Shown here: positions 42,439-52,062 of the stretch, piece after piece
How the letters are laid out: each line of letters starts with the position of its first letter
Position numbering within the stretch: the first letter of the stretch is position 1
Assembly (NCBI GenBank): GCA_002937895.1
Contig: PTKV01000001.1
Coordinates: forward strand, 4,057 to 68,056
Direction: 5' to 3'
DNA length: 64,000 nucleotides
Source of the DNA: Alphaproteobacteria bacterium MarineAlpha5_Bin9
Lineage (GTDB): Bacteria; Pseudomonadota; Alphaproteobacteria; HIMB59; GCA-002718135
The notes under the pieces: generated by a model
Seen by the model: the letters and a program-made list of their open reading frames with translations, nothing else
Told to the model about the DNA's origin: nothing
Databases searched by the model: none
Program-made: the position numbers and the translations under genes

Positions 42439-43692
42439 TTAAGGTCTAATTTGACCATCGCCGTAGATAACGTATTTGAAACTTGTAAGGTGTTCTGATC
42501 CTACTGGTCCTCTTACATGAATTTTATCTGTTGAAATTCCAATTTCAGCACCAAAACCAAATTCACCTCCATCAGCAAATTGAGTGGATGCATTTTGTAA
42601 AATTATAGCACTATTAATTTTATTGTAAAAACTTTTAAATGTTTTTTTATTATTAGTAATTATTGATTCTGTATGACCAGAAGAATACTTGTTTATATGA
42701 TTTATAGCATCTTCAATATCTTCTACAATTTTTACTGAAATAATTTTATCTAAATATTCTGTTTCCCAATCATTTTCATTGGCTAATTTAAAATTTTTGT
42801 TTAGCGATTTTATATATTTATCACCTCGAATTTCACAATTAGAATCTACTAATCCCTGCAAGATTTCACTAGAATATTTTTCAATTGATCTATCTATAAG
42901 AAGTGTTTCTGCAGCTCCACATATCCCTGTCCTTCTCATTTTACTATTCAAAATAACTTTTTTAGCCAAAGATATATCCGCATCTTTATCAACATATAAA
43001 TGACATATGCCATCAAGGTGTTTTATTAAAGGTATAGAGCTTTTTTGCTTTATATTCTTAATTAAATTCTTTCCTCCTCTTGGAATAATTATATCTATGT
43101 AAGATTCAAGTTTTAAAAGTTGATCTACAGCTTCTCTATCACTTGTGGGAATCATTTGAACAACATTTTTAGGAAGGCCAGAATCTAAAAATGATTTATT
43201 AATAATCTCGTTAAGTTTTTGAGAAGAATGAAAACTATCTTTGCCCCCTCTAAGAATTACTGTATTACCAGCTTTAATAGCTATAGCAGAAGCATCAACA
43301 GTAACATTTGGTCTAGATTCATAAATAATTCCTATAACCCCTATAGGCACACTAATTTTTTTAATTTTTAATCCATTTGGTCTTTCCCATTCTGATAAAA
43401 TATTTCCAACAGGGTCTTTTATTTTTATAATCTCATCCAAACTGAAAATCATACCATCTATTCTATCTTTATTAAGAGCCAAACGATCAATCAATGCAGA
43501 GGATAATTTCATTTTATATGCATTTTCAATATCTTTCTTATTTGTTTCTATAATTGCAGAAGAATAATTTTTGAGGTTTTTTTTTAAATTTTCTAAAGCT
43601 TTGTTTTTCAATTCACTGCTTGCATTAGCTATTTCCATTGAAGCTTTTTTTGATTTAGCTCCTATTTCTTCAATAATTTTACTAGTTTTCAT
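42439..43692 (-). CDS. proA: gamma-glutamyl phosphate reductase
   Basis: 417 aa. IYESRPNVTVDA, RGGKDSFHS, the CGAAETLLID catalytic Cys context, and GHTESIIT. Confidence 0.94.
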   Translation of the reverse strand: MKTSKIIEEIGAKSKKASMEIANASSELKNKALENLKKNLKNYSSAIIETNKKDIENAYKMKLSSALIDRLALNKDRIDGMIFSLDEIIKIKDPVGNILSEWERPNGLKIKKISVPIGVIGIIYESRPNVTVDASAIAIKAGNTVILRGGKDSFHSSQKLNEIINKSFLDSGLPKNVVQMIPTSDREAVDQLLKLESYIDIIIPRGGKNLIKNIKQKSSIPLIKHLDGICHLYVDKDADISLAKKVILNSKMRRTGICGAAETLLIDRSIEKYSSEILQGLVDSNCEIRGDKYIKSLNKNFKLANENDWETEYLDKIISVKIVEDIEDAINHINKYSSGHTESIITNNKKTFKSFYNKINSAIILQNASTQFADGGEFGFGAEIGISTDKIHVRGPVGSEHLTSFKYVIYGDGQIRP

Positions 43693-43753
43693 CTCTTCAT
43701 CTTCTATAAAGTTGTGATATACACGATAATTTATATTTTAGTATAATTTAAAT

Positions 43754-44569
43754 ATGAAAAAAATAAAAATATCGCTTTTACAAATTGAAGGGAAAAAACT
43801 CCCTATATACAATGCTAAATTAATAAAAAAATTACTTAATAATTCCTTAAAATTTAAGCCCAATTTAATATGCTTACCTGAATGTTCAAACATCATAACG
43901 AAAGATAAAGAATTTCTTTATCACAATACTACCTTTCAAAAAGATTGTCCTGTTCTAAAAGAATGTATCGATTTTTCAAAAAAAAATAAAGTATATATAA
44001 ATATTGGTTCATTACTTTTAAAAAAAGAAGGTAATTCTAAATTACTTAATCGTTCATTTTTTATAAACAGATCAGGAAAAGTTATTAAATATTATGATAA
44101 AATACATTTATTTGATGTTAAAATAAATAAAAATGAAATACATAAAGAATCAGATTTGTTTTATAGTGGTAATAAAATAGCTTATGTAAAAACTTATTTT
44201 GGTAAAATAGGCTTAACTATATGTTATGACTTAAGATTCCCAAATATTTTTCAAAAATTAACAAAAAAAGGTGCTAAAATTATTTTAGTTCCAGCTGCAT
44301 TTACAGTTCCTACTGGAAAAGATCACTGGGAAATACTTTTAAGAAGCAGGGCAATAGAAAATACAAGCTTTATAGTTTCAGCTGCACAGTGTGGCAATCA
44401 TCACGGTGGAAGAAAAACTTATGGTCATTCTATGATAATCAATCCATGGGGAAAAATAATAAAGAAAGGATCAAAATTTCAAACAATTATTAATGCAACT
44501 ATAAATATAGAAGAAATAAATCAAATAAGAAAAAAGATGCCGTCAATTAAGAATCAGAAAAAATTTTAA
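43754..44569 (+). CDS. carbon-nitrogen hydrolase (nitrilase superfamily, Nit/omega-amidase-like)
   Basis: 271 aa. A Glu-Lys-Cys triad is supported by LPEC, YDKIHLFD and GLTICYDLRFP. Confidence 0.8.
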   Translation: MKKIKISLLQIEGKKLPIYNAKLIKKLLNNSLKFKPNLICLPECSNIITKDKEFLYHNTTFQKDCPVLKECIDFSKKNKVYINIGSLLLKKEGNSKLLNRSFFINRSGKVIKYYDKIHLFDVKINKNEIHKESDLFYSGNKIAYVKTYFGKIGLTICYDLRFPNIFQKLTKKGAKIILVPAAFTVPTGKDHWEILLRSRAIENTSFIVSAAQCGNHHGGRKTYGHSMIINPWGKIIKKGSKFQTIINATINIEEINQIRKKMPSIKNQKKF

Positions 44570-44599
44570 AGCTTCTCGATTTAATATTTTTTATTATAA

Positions 44600-45064
44600 T
44601 TATACGAGTTGATTAATAACATTTAATTCTTCTTCCTTTTCAGGAAGAACATAGGCTACAGCACAATGCTCAAGACAATATGGCTTATCATTAAATTTTT
44701 TCTTATCACAAAAATGAAAATTCTGCTCATCTGGATGACCTATTGGCCATTCACATCCGTTTTTATTAGGAGATTTGAAAGGATTGCCCATTATAGGTTG
44801 AAAAGTTTTATTAATATTTGTTGTTTCTGAAGAGGTGTTGTTTTCAAAATTTAGGACTGGCATAATAGGAGATCTGGCTTTTTTTCTATCAGGCTTAACA
44901 GCAGTTCTTCTAATAGGAGAGGGTCTTCTTTCAAGACCTATTCTATGAGCCTTACCAACTACTGCATTTTTAGTAAATCCTAATAATTTACCAATTTGTG
45001 CGGTAGGCAAACCCTGATCCCATAGTTCTTTTAGTTTATTTACGTTATTTTCATCCCAAGGCAT
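44600..45064 (-). CDS. gcrA: GcrA cell-cycle regulator
   Basis: 154 aa. MPWDENNVNKLKELWDQGLPTAQIGKLLG..TKNAVVGKAHRIGL N-domain and CEWPIGHP...FCD...PYCLEHCAVAY C-domain are canonical GcrA. Confidence 0.92.
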   Translation of the reverse strand: MPWDENNVNKLKELWDQGLPTAQIGKLLGFTKNAVVGKAHRIGLERRPSPIRRTAVKPDRKKARSPIMPVLNFENNTSSETTNINKTFQPIMGNPFKSPNKNGCEWPIGHPDEQNFHFCDKKKFNDKPYCLEHCAVAYVLPEKEEELNVINQLV

Positions 45065-45071
45065 ATAGTCT

Positions 45072-45110
45072 ATATATAGTATATAATTTATAGCTAAATA
45101 TACTATATAT
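45072..45110. promoter_or_regulatory. 13-bp perfect inverted repeat in the gcrA-pgk divergent spacer
   Basis: ATATATAGTATAT (45072-84) and ATATACTATATAT (45098-110) are exact reverse complements separated by 13 nt. The left arm begins 8 nt from the gcrA start codon. Confidence 0.3.
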
Positions 45111-45193
45111 TTTAAAATTTAAATAAAAAATTAAGGTTTTTTTGTATTTTATTAACAAATTTAATGTTTTTCTAAGTATATTAAGATTTTCTT

Positions 45194-46390
45194 ATGAAAA
45201 CACTTAATAAATTTAAAATTTTCAAGAAGAATGTTCTACTTAGAGTAGATTTAAATGTGCCTATAGTAAACGGGAAAATATCAGATTTTAGTCGAATAAT
45301 TTCTATAGAGCCTACAATAAAAAATCTTTCTAATAACTATAATAAAATATTTTTATTATCACATTTAGGAAGACCTAACGGTGAAAATAATAAAAAATTA
45401 TCACTTAAAATTATAAAAAAATATTTTGAAAAAAACTATAAAAATAACATTTTTTTTTCAAACAAACCTTTTGGCAATGAAATAGAAATAATTAAAAAGA
45501 AAATGAAAAATGGTGATATCTGTATATTAGAAAATATAAGATTTTACAAAGAAGAAGAAGATAATGATAAGTCTTTTTCAAAAAAAATTTCAAAGCACTA
45601 TGATGTATATGTCAACGATGCATTCTCTTGTTCACATAGAAATCATTCATCAATTGTTGGAATTCCAAAATATTTACCATCTGTAGCTGGTTATACATTA
45701 CTTAATGAGATAAAGCATTTAGAAAAACTATCTAAAAAACCAAAAAAACCTATAACAGCAATTATAGGTGGAGCAAAAATTTCTACAAAATTAGTTTTAA
45801 TTAATAATATTATTAAAAAATGTAATAATATTATAATTGGAGGTGCAATGGCTAATACTTTTTTATTATGTGCAGGCTTTGAAGTGGGAAAATCTTTAAT
45901 AGAAAAGAATTTAATATCTACTGCAAAAAAAATATTAGATAAAGCAGATAAAAAAAATATAAATATTATTCTTCCAATAGATGTTGTTTGTGCAAAAAAT
46001 ATAAATCATAAAGACAAAATAAATATATATAAAATTAATAAAATTCCTAAAAACCAAACGATTTTAGATATTGGACCAAAAACTATAAAAAAAATAAAAT
46101 CTAGCTTATTAAATTCTAAAACTATTATATGGAATGGTCCACTTGGAGTTTTTGAAAAAAAGCCATTTGACAAAGGAACTATTTCTATTGCTGAAATATT
46201 CAAAAGTAATTTACATAATAAAAAAATATTTTCTATAGCTGGTGGAGGTGATACTGTGGCAGCAATAAATAAATTAAAAGCTAAAAAATATTTTAATTAC
46301 GTTTCAACTTCGGGTGGTGCTTTCTTGGAGTGGCTTGAAGGAAAAGAACTCCCAGGGATACTATCTCTAAAAAAAAATAATTTAAATTAG
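45194..46390 (+). CDS. pgk: phosphoglycerate kinase
   Basis: 398 aa. RVDLNVP, SHLGRP, NDAFSCSHR, GGAKISTK, GGGDT, STSGGAFLEWLEGK. Confidence 0.96.
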   Translation: MKTLNKFKIFKKNVLLRVDLNVPIVNGKISDFSRIISIEPTIKNLSNNYNKIFLLSHLGRPNGENNKKLSLKIIKKYFEKNYKNNIFFSNKPFGNEIEIIKKKMKNGDICILENIRFYKEEEDNDKSFSKKISKHYDVYVNDAFSCSHRNHSSIVGIPKYLPSVAGYTLLNEIKHLEKLSKKPKKPITAIIGGAKISTKLVLINNIIKKCNNIIIGGAMANTFLLCAGFEVGKSLIEKNLISTAKKILDKADKKNINIILPIDVVCAKNINHKDKINIYKINKIPKNQTILDIGPKTIKKIKSSLLNSKTIIWNGPLGVFEKKPFDKGTISIAEIFKSNLHNKKIFSIAGGGDTVAAINKLKAKKYFNYVSTSGGAFLEWLEGKELPGILSLKKNNLN

Positions 46391-46926
46391 CTTGGTTTCT
46401 GATATTTTTTTATAACTGGAAATTGAGTTAAGGTAAATATAAATGTAATCGGTAAAATACCAAATACTTTAAAATTTACCCACAAATCTGTTGTCTGTGT
46501 TCTCCAAACAAACTCATTTATGACAGCTAAAGCAATAAAAAAACCAATCCATCTTCTAGTAATAATTTGCCAACCTTCATCTGTTAATTGCAATGATCCG
46601 CCTAAAAAATATTTTAAAAGAGGTCTATTAAGAAATTGTCCAACGATTAAGCTTAATGCAAAAAGTAAATTAATAATTGTTGGTTTCATTTTAAAGAAAA
46701 TTTCATTATCAAAATATAAAGATAAACCTCCAAATACAAGAATTATGAATGCTCCAAAAGTAGGCATAAGGGGTATTTTTTTTTCAACAATATATGAAAA
46801 AACTACAGCAATGATAGTTGCAATCATAAATGGAAGGATAGCTGATTGAAGATCGCTTCTTGTATAAAAAATAAAAAAAATCGCTAGGGGGCCTATATCA
46901 ACCAATAGCTTTGTTATACTTTTCAT
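46387..46926 (-). CDS. yciB: intracellular septation protein A (YciB/IspZ)
   Basis: 179 aa, five TM helices. N-terminal LLVDIGPLAIFFIFY and overall pattern are typical of IspZ. Confidence 0.8.
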   Translation of the reverse strand: MKSITKLLVDIGPLAIFFIFYTRSDLQSAILPFMIATIIAVVFSYIVEKKIPLMPTFGAFIILVFGGLSLYFDNEIFFKMKPTIINLLFALSLIVGQFLNRPLLKYFLGGSLQLTDEGWQIITRRWIGFFIALAVINEFVWRTQTTDLWVNFKVFGILPITFIFTLTQFPVIKKYQKPS

Positions 46927-46927
46927 T

Positions 46928-47842
46928 TCAATAAGTTTCTAAATCTAACAATGAGTAAGAAAAAGATTTGGAATTAAATTCAATTAAATCGTCCTCTTTT
47001 TCTCCCATACCTACAAAATATATAGGTATTTCAAATTTTTTTGCAATTGAAATAATTGCGCCACCTTTGGCAGTTCCATCTAATTTAGTTATTATCAAAC
47101 CATTTATTTTAACTATTTCATCAAATTTACTTACTTGATTCAGCATATTTGAACCACTGGTTCCATCTAGAACCAAAATATTTGATAATTGATCATATTT
47201 TACTAATTTTAATATAACATTATTTATTTTTAAAAGTTGGTTTAATAGATTGGAATTATTTGATAATCTTCCTGCTGTATCAATCAAAACATATTGTATG
47301 TTTTCTTTTATTGCCTTCTCACACCCCTGATATGCTAAACTCGCAGGATCTTGATTATCTACACCATGCATAAATTCTATATTGTCTATTTCTGTCCATT
47401 TTTTTAATTGTTCTACTGCTGCAGCTCTATACGTATCACATGCGATAACAAGAATTTTATTTTTACCACTTAAATTTAAATAGTGAATGATTTTACCTAT
47501 TGAAGTAGTTTTACCACTTCCATTTACACCTATAAACATAAATATTTTAGGGAACAAATCAGTTTCACTAATTATTTTTTTTTCTCTTTTTTTAAGAATT
47601 AAATCGATTGCTTTTGCTAAATTTACCAGCAAATCATATTTTTTATCAGAAAAATCTAAATTATTTTTTTTTAAATTATTAATTAATTCTGTAGTTGTTT
47701 CAACCCCAATATCTGAAGAGATTAAAACATTTTCTAAATCCTCAATAGATTCTTTACTTAAGCTATTTATATTCAAAATATTTGAGGTTAAAAAATGTGA
47801 CGATTTTTTAAGTCCATTTTTAAACTTTTTAATTAAGTTCAT
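46928..47842 (-). CDS. ftsY: signal recognition particle receptor FtsY (short form, NG domain only)
   Basis: 304 aa. GVNGSGKTTSIGK, DTYRAAAVEQL, DTAGRL, TKLDGTAKGG. Confidence 0.95.
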   Translation of the reverse strand: MNLIKKFKNGLKKSSHFLTSNILNINSLSKESIEDLENVLISSDIGVETTTELINNLKKNNLDFSDKKYDLLVNLAKAIDLILKKREKKIISETDLFPKIFMFIGVNGSGKTTSIGKIIHYLNLSGKNKILVIACDTYRAAAVEQLKKWTEIDNIEFMHGVDNQDPASLAYQGCEKAIKENIQYVLIDTAGRLSNNSNLLNQLLKINNVILKLVKYDQLSNILVLDGTSGSNMLNQVSKFDEIVKINGLIITKLDGTAKGGAIISIAKKFEIPIYFVGMGEKEDDLIEFNSKSFSYSLLDLETY

Positions 47843-47847
47843 AAATT

Positions 47848-49110
47848 CTATATGATATTTGCTTCAGCAATATTTGCATCACTTTTTATAATTTGGCAAT
47901 CAACAATCATCCCTTCTTTAATGGAATAAGGTAGTTTTATTTTAGTAAAATATTCTGATTTTCCATAAGAAAAAGAATTTTCAACTTTTTCAATTAAAAC
48001 TTCGTTTTTATTTCCAATTTGGTTTTTTAAGTATTTTTTTAAATTATCTTTACCTTTTTGCCTCAGAATACTAGCTCTTTTTTTTATCACTTCTCTGGAT
48101 ACTTGTGGCATACGAGCAGCTGGGGTATTTTCTTTAGGTGAAAAAGGGAATACATGAAGGTGAATTAAATTACACTCGTTAACTAAATTTAGTGTATCTT
48201 TAAACATTTGATCATTTTCTGTTGGAAAACCTGCAATAAGATCTGCTCCAAAAACAACATCTTTTCTTATCTTTTTAACATTATTGCAAAAATTAATTAC
48301 TTGTTCCCTGTTATGTCTTCTTTTCATTCTTTTTAAAATTAAATTACTTCCTGATTGTAAACTCAAGTGAAAATGTGGCATCAATCTTTTATTTTCCAGT
48401 AAATCCCAAAAATCTTCATTAATTTCAGCACAATCAATAGAAGACAGTCTTAATCTTTTTAAATTGGGTATCAAATTTAATATTCTTATACATAATTGAA
48501 ATAAATTAGGTGATCCAGGTAAATCCTTTCCGTAGTCGGTTATATCAACTCCTGTTAAAACGATTTCATTATAATTATTTTCTACTAATTTTTTTATTCT
48601 TTCTACTACCAAACCAACAGGAACACTTCTATTGTTTCCTCTGCCATAAGGAATAATGCAAAATGTACATCTGTGATCACAACCCTGTTGTATTTCGATA
48701 TATGCCCTAGCTTTTCCCTCAAAGCTATCAATATTGTTTGAATTATGCATATAATCTTGAAAAATATTCCCTACCTGAATAGCATTTTCACTACTTAAAT
48801 TTTTCCATGCTTTTTCATTCATTTTTTCATTATTGCCCATTACAAAATCAATCTCTTTCATTTCTAAATATTTTTTATAATTAATTTGAGCTGCACAACC
48901 TGTTAAAACTATTTTTTTATTTGGATACTTTCTTTTAGCTCTTCTTATCTGATATTTTAGGTTTTTTTCTGCTTCATTGGTAACTGCGCATGAGTTTATT
49001 ACAGTATAATTATCGATATTATTTTTATTTAAAATAGATTTTATAACTTCGCCCTCATATATATTGAGTCTACAACCTAGATTAATTAAATTTGATTTTT
49101 TTTTATGCAT
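47848..49110 (-). CDS. mtaB: radical-SAM methylthiotransferase, MiaB-like (MtaB type)
   Basis: 420 aa. UPF0004 N-domain (NLGCRLNIYEGE), radical-SAM CDHRCTFCIIP, C-terminal TRAM-like region. It lies between dapF and ftsY, as MtaB does in many Alphaproteobacteria. Confidence 0.75.
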   Translation of the reverse strand: MHKKKSNLINLGCRLNIYEGEVIKSILNKNNIDNYTVINSCAVTNEAEKNLKYQIRRAKRKYPNKKIVLTGCAAQINYKKYLEMKEIDFVMGNNEKMNEKAWKNLSSENAIQVGNIFQDYMHNSNNIDSFEGKARAYIEIQQGCDHRCTFCIIPYGRGNNRSVPVGLVVERIKKLVENNYNEIVLTGVDITDYGKDLPGSPNLFQLCIRILNLIPNLKRLRLSSIDCAEINEDFWDLLENKRLMPHFHLSLQSGSNLILKRMKRRHNREQVINFCNNVKKIRKDVVFGADLIAGFPTENDQMFKDTLNLVNECNLIHLHVFPFSPKENTPAARMPQVSREVIKKRASILRQKGKDNLKKYLKNQIGNKNEVLIEKVENSFSYGKSEYFTKIKLPYSIKEGMIVDCQIIKSDANIAEANII

Positions 49111-49933
49111 TTTTTTCTTTTTCTATAAAGCCTTTGTAACTAATTTCAGCTGGCCCCGTCATAATTGCTTCATCGTTTTTTATTTCAATACTTAAACTGC
49201 CTCTGTCCAGAATAACCTCTACATCTTTATTTGTATATTTTTTTATTGAGCTTGCATATGCAGCTGCACAAGCGCCACTTCCACAAGCAGGTGTGATACC
49301 TACCCCTCTTTCCCACACTTTCATTTTAATTTTGTTCTCATCTATTATTTGAATAATTTCTAAGTTAATTTTTTCAGGAAAAAAATTATGATTTTCAATT
49401 TTAGGTCCATATTTTTTTAAATCACATTTATCTATATCTTGTAAAATAAAAACAATATGAGGATTACCTATATTTACTGCTACACCCTTATCTAATAATC
49501 CTAAATTAATAGGCACATTTAAAGTATCCATTTTTTTTGATAGAGGAATTTTATTCCATTCGTTTGATATTTTTCCCAAATTAACACTAATTAAGTTATT
49601 AGTTAATATATTTGCTTCTAAAATACCGGCCTTAGATTTTAAATTTATTTTACTCTTATTTAATTCTTCTGAAAGAATTTTTGCGACACACCTTGTGCCA
49701 TTACCACAAGCCTCTGCTTCATCACCCTCAGGGTTAAAAATTTTAATGTTTGCATCATAATTATTTGAGTCAGGTTTATCAATTGTTATTATTTGATCGC
49801 ATCCTGGACCAGATCTTCTGTCACTCAATTTATTAGTTATTTTTCTGTTTATTTCTATAATATTTCTTCTTCTATCTATAATAACAAAATCATTACCCAA
49901 ACCATGCATTTTGATAAATTCAATTTTATCCAT
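49103..49933 (-). CDS. dapF: diaminopimelate epimerase
   Basis: 276 aa. F.KMHGLGNDFVIID, catalytic Cys contexts EACGNGTRC and TPACGSGACA. Confidence 0.95.
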   Translation of the reverse strand: MDKIEFIKMHGLGNDFVIIDRRRNIIEINRKITNKLSDRRSGPGCDQIITIDKPDSNNYDANIKIFNPEGDEAEACGNGTRCVAKILSEELNKSKINLKSKAGILEANILTNNLISVNLGKISNEWNKIPLSKKMDTLNVPINLGLLDKGVAVNIGNPHIVFILQDIDKCDLKKYGPKIENHNFFPEKINLEIIQIIDENKIKMKVWERGVGITPACGSGACAAAYASSIKKYTNKDVEVILDRGSLSIEIKNDEAIMTGPAEISYKGFIEKEKNA

Positions 49934-50077
49934 ATTTTTATATATGAACTTTTTTTCAAGAATTCCAAGAAAAATGTTAATAATTCAAGGCAAGCTTGAC
50001 TTTGTTGTCTTAATTTAATAATCGACTCTAAAAATTTCATTAATGATTTTTTTAAACTACTTTAACTAAATAAAGTA

Positions 50078-50116
50078 GGCACACCCGTCCACGAGTTTCG
50101 TGCCCTGGTGATTTTT
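50078..50116 (+). promoter_or_regulatory. GC-rich hairpin plus U-run in the ffh leader (attenuator/terminator-like)
   Basis: GGCAC(50078-82)/GTGCC(50100-04) competes with CACGA(50090-94)/TCGTG(50098-102) plus CACC(50082-85)/GGTG(50107-10). It is followed by ATTTTTGTG (50111-19), then GGAG and the ffh ATG at 50128. Confidence 0.3.
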
Positions 50117-50127
50117 GTGATGGAGAA

Positions 50128-51492
50128 ATGTTTAATACACTAAGTAACAAATTTGAAAAAATAATATCATCAATTAAGGGAAAGGCCCTTATATCAGATG
50201 ATGATTTAAAAACTACTCTAAGAGAAATTAGAATAGCTCTATTAGAAGCAGATGTGGCTCTCAATGTGGTTAAAGATCTAATAGAAAATCTAAATAAAAA
50301 AATAATTGGTCAGGAGGTTTTGAAAAAAATAAAGCCAGATCAAATGATTATCAAATTAGTAAATGATGAAATTACTAGAATACTTGGTTCTGAAAACCAA
50401 GAATTAAATTTTGACAAAAATAATATAACTAAAATTATTTTCTGTGGTTTGCAAGGATCAGGGAAAACTACTACAGTAGCAAAATTAGCAAACTTTATTT
50501 CAAAAAAATCTAAGAAAAAAATTTTGATTTCATCAACTGATATTTATCGTCCAGCAGCACAAGAACAATTAAAAATTTTATGTAATAAAATAAATATTGA
50601 TTTTTTAGAAGCAAATTTAGATTTATCAATTAATGAATTATCTAATAAGATTATGACTTACTGTAAAAAAAACATGTATGATGTTTTATTAGTAGATACA
50701 GCGGGAAGACAAGTTATAGACTCAAAAATGATGATTGAATTAAAAGAAATTAAATCAATTATTATGCCACAAGAAAGTATTTTAATTGCAGATTCTTTAT
50801 CTGGTCAAGATGCTGCAAATATAGCCAAAAAATTTAACGATGAAATTGGAATAACATCAAATATTTTAACCAGAATAGATGGGGACTCTAGAGGTGGTGC
50901 AGCTTTATCAATTAAATCAATTACTGGCTCTCCAATAAAATTCATTGGCTTGGGTGAAAAAATAGATGACTTTGAGGCATTTCATCCTGAAAGAATAGCT
51001 AGTAGAATTCTGGGCATGGGTGATATAGTTTCTCTTGTAGAAAAAGCTTCAGAAAATATAAATAAAAATGAAGCAGAAAAACTTGTTAATAAAATTTCCA
51101 AAGGAAGTTTTGATCTTGAGGATTTTTCAAAACAACTTAAGCAAATGTCAAAAATTGGTGGTGTTAGCAGTATGCTATCTTTGCTACCAGGCATTTCAAA
51201 AATACAAAAACAAGCTGCAGAAAATAATATTTCAGATGAAATTGTTCAAAAACAATTAGCAATAATTTCATCCATGACAAAGAAAGAAAGGAGAGATCCT
51301 GAAATTATAAAAGCTTCAAGAAAAATAAGAATCTCAAATGGATCCGGAACAAAAGTGCAAGATGTAAATAAATTACTAAAACAGTTTTTCACCTCAGTAA
51401 AAATGATGAAAAAAATGAAATCTATGGGGAATCAAGGAAACCCTAAAGATTTGATGAATCAATTAAAAAATTTACCCCCTAACTTTAATTAG
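50128..51492 (+). CDS. ffh: signal recognition particle protein Ffh
   Basis: 454 aa. GLQGSGKTTT, DIYRPAA, DTAGR, TRIDGDSRGGAALS, and a Met-rich M domain. Confidence 0.97.
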   Translation: MFNTLSNKFEKIISSIKGKALISDDDLKTTLREIRIALLEADVALNVVKDLIENLNKKIIGQEVLKKIKPDQMIIKLVNDEITRILGSENQELNFDKNNITKIIFCGLQGSGKTTTVAKLANFISKKSKKKILISSTDIYRPAAQEQLKILCNKINIDFLEANLDLSINELSNKIMTYCKKNMYDVLLVDTAGRQVIDSKMMIELKEIKSIIMPQESILIADSLSGQDAANIAKKFNDEIGITSNILTRIDGDSRGGAALSIKSITGSPIKFIGLGEKIDDFEAFHPERIASRILGMGDIVSLVEKASENINKNEAEKLVNKISKGSFDLEDFSKQLKQMSKIGGVSSMLSLLPGISKIQKQAAENNISDEIVQKQLAIISSMTKKERRDPEIIKASRKIRISNGSGTKVQDVNKLLKQFFTSVKMMKKMKSMGNQGNPKDLMNQLKNLPPNFN

Positions 51493-51510
51493 ATATGAAA
51501 GGAAAAAAAC

Positions 51511-52044
51511 ATGCCAGTTAGAATAAGAATGTCTCGTGGAGGAGCTAAAAAAAGGCCTTTTTTTAGGATTGTAGTTGCTGATTCAAGAAGAGCAAGAGAC
51601 GGTCAGTTTATTGAAAGGATAGGAACCTATAACCCAATGCTTCCAAAAGATCATCCTGATAGAGTAAAAATAGATCTAGAAAAAGCTAAAGAATGGATAA
51701 AAAAAGGAGCTAAACCAAGTGACAGAATCCATATTTTTTTAAGTAAGATTGGTCTTTTAGACAAGCCAATTATTACTGAAAAAACAAAAAAACATTTGCC
51801 AAAAAAGAAAGAAGAGAAAGCTGAGGCAAAACCAGAAGCAAAGAAAGAAGAGAAAGCTGAGGCAAAACCAGAAGCAAAGAAAGAAGAGAAAGCTGAGGCA
51901 AAACCAGAAGCAAAGAAAGAAGAGAAAGCTGAGGCAAAACCAGAAGCAAAGAAAGAAGAGAAAGCTGAGGCAAAACCAGAAGCAAAGAAAGAAGAGAAAG
52001 CTGAGGTAAAACCAGAAGCAAAGAAAGAAGAAATTAGAAAATAA
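51511..52044 (+). CDS. rpsP: 30S ribosomal protein S16 with a repeat-built C-terminal extension
   Basis: N-terminal [42 protein letters not shown] is canonical S16. The C-terminal half is six copies of [12 protein letters not shown]. Confidence 0.95.
   Translation: MPVRIRMSRGGAKKRPFFRIVVADSRRARDGQFIERIGTYNPMLPKDHPDRVKIDLEKAKEWIKKGAKPSDRIHIFLSKIGLLDKPIITEKTKKHLPKKKEEKAEAKPEAKKEEKAEAKPEAKKEEKAEAKPEAKKEEKAEAKPEAKKEEKAEAKPEAKKEEKAEVKPEAKKEEIRK
51805..52032 (+). repeat. 36-bp in-frame tandem repeat, 6 full copies plus a partial copy
   Basis: The unit AAGAAAGAAGAGAAAGCTGAGGCAAAACCAGAAGCA starts at 51805, 51841, 51877, 51913, 51949 and 51985. Five copies are identical and the sixth has a single C-to-T change (Ala to Val). 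A partial seventh copy starts at 52021. Confidence 0.97.
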
Positions 52045-52062
52045 ACAATTTCAAAATAATTT

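Noticed and set aside
43742-43756. TATAAT exactly 6 nt before the ATG of the nitrilase-family gene (possible leaderless mRNA)
   Set aside because: No acceptable -35 or TGn element at the right spacing. TATAAT occurs by chance frequently in this AT-rich DNA. The idea is untestable from sequence alone.
45112-45164. TTAA-containing segments in the gcrA-pgk spacer as possible CtrA boxes (TTAA-N7-TTAAC)
   Set aside because: The observed spacings between TTAA motifs are 3, 5 and 8 nt, not 7. TTAA is extremely frequent in this composition. No GANTC methylation sites are seen in the spacer either.
51805-52032. Regular 36-bp repeats as a possible CRISPR array
   Set aside because: The units are directly adjacent with no spacers. 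They are in frame within rpsP, non-palindromic, and there are no cas genes.
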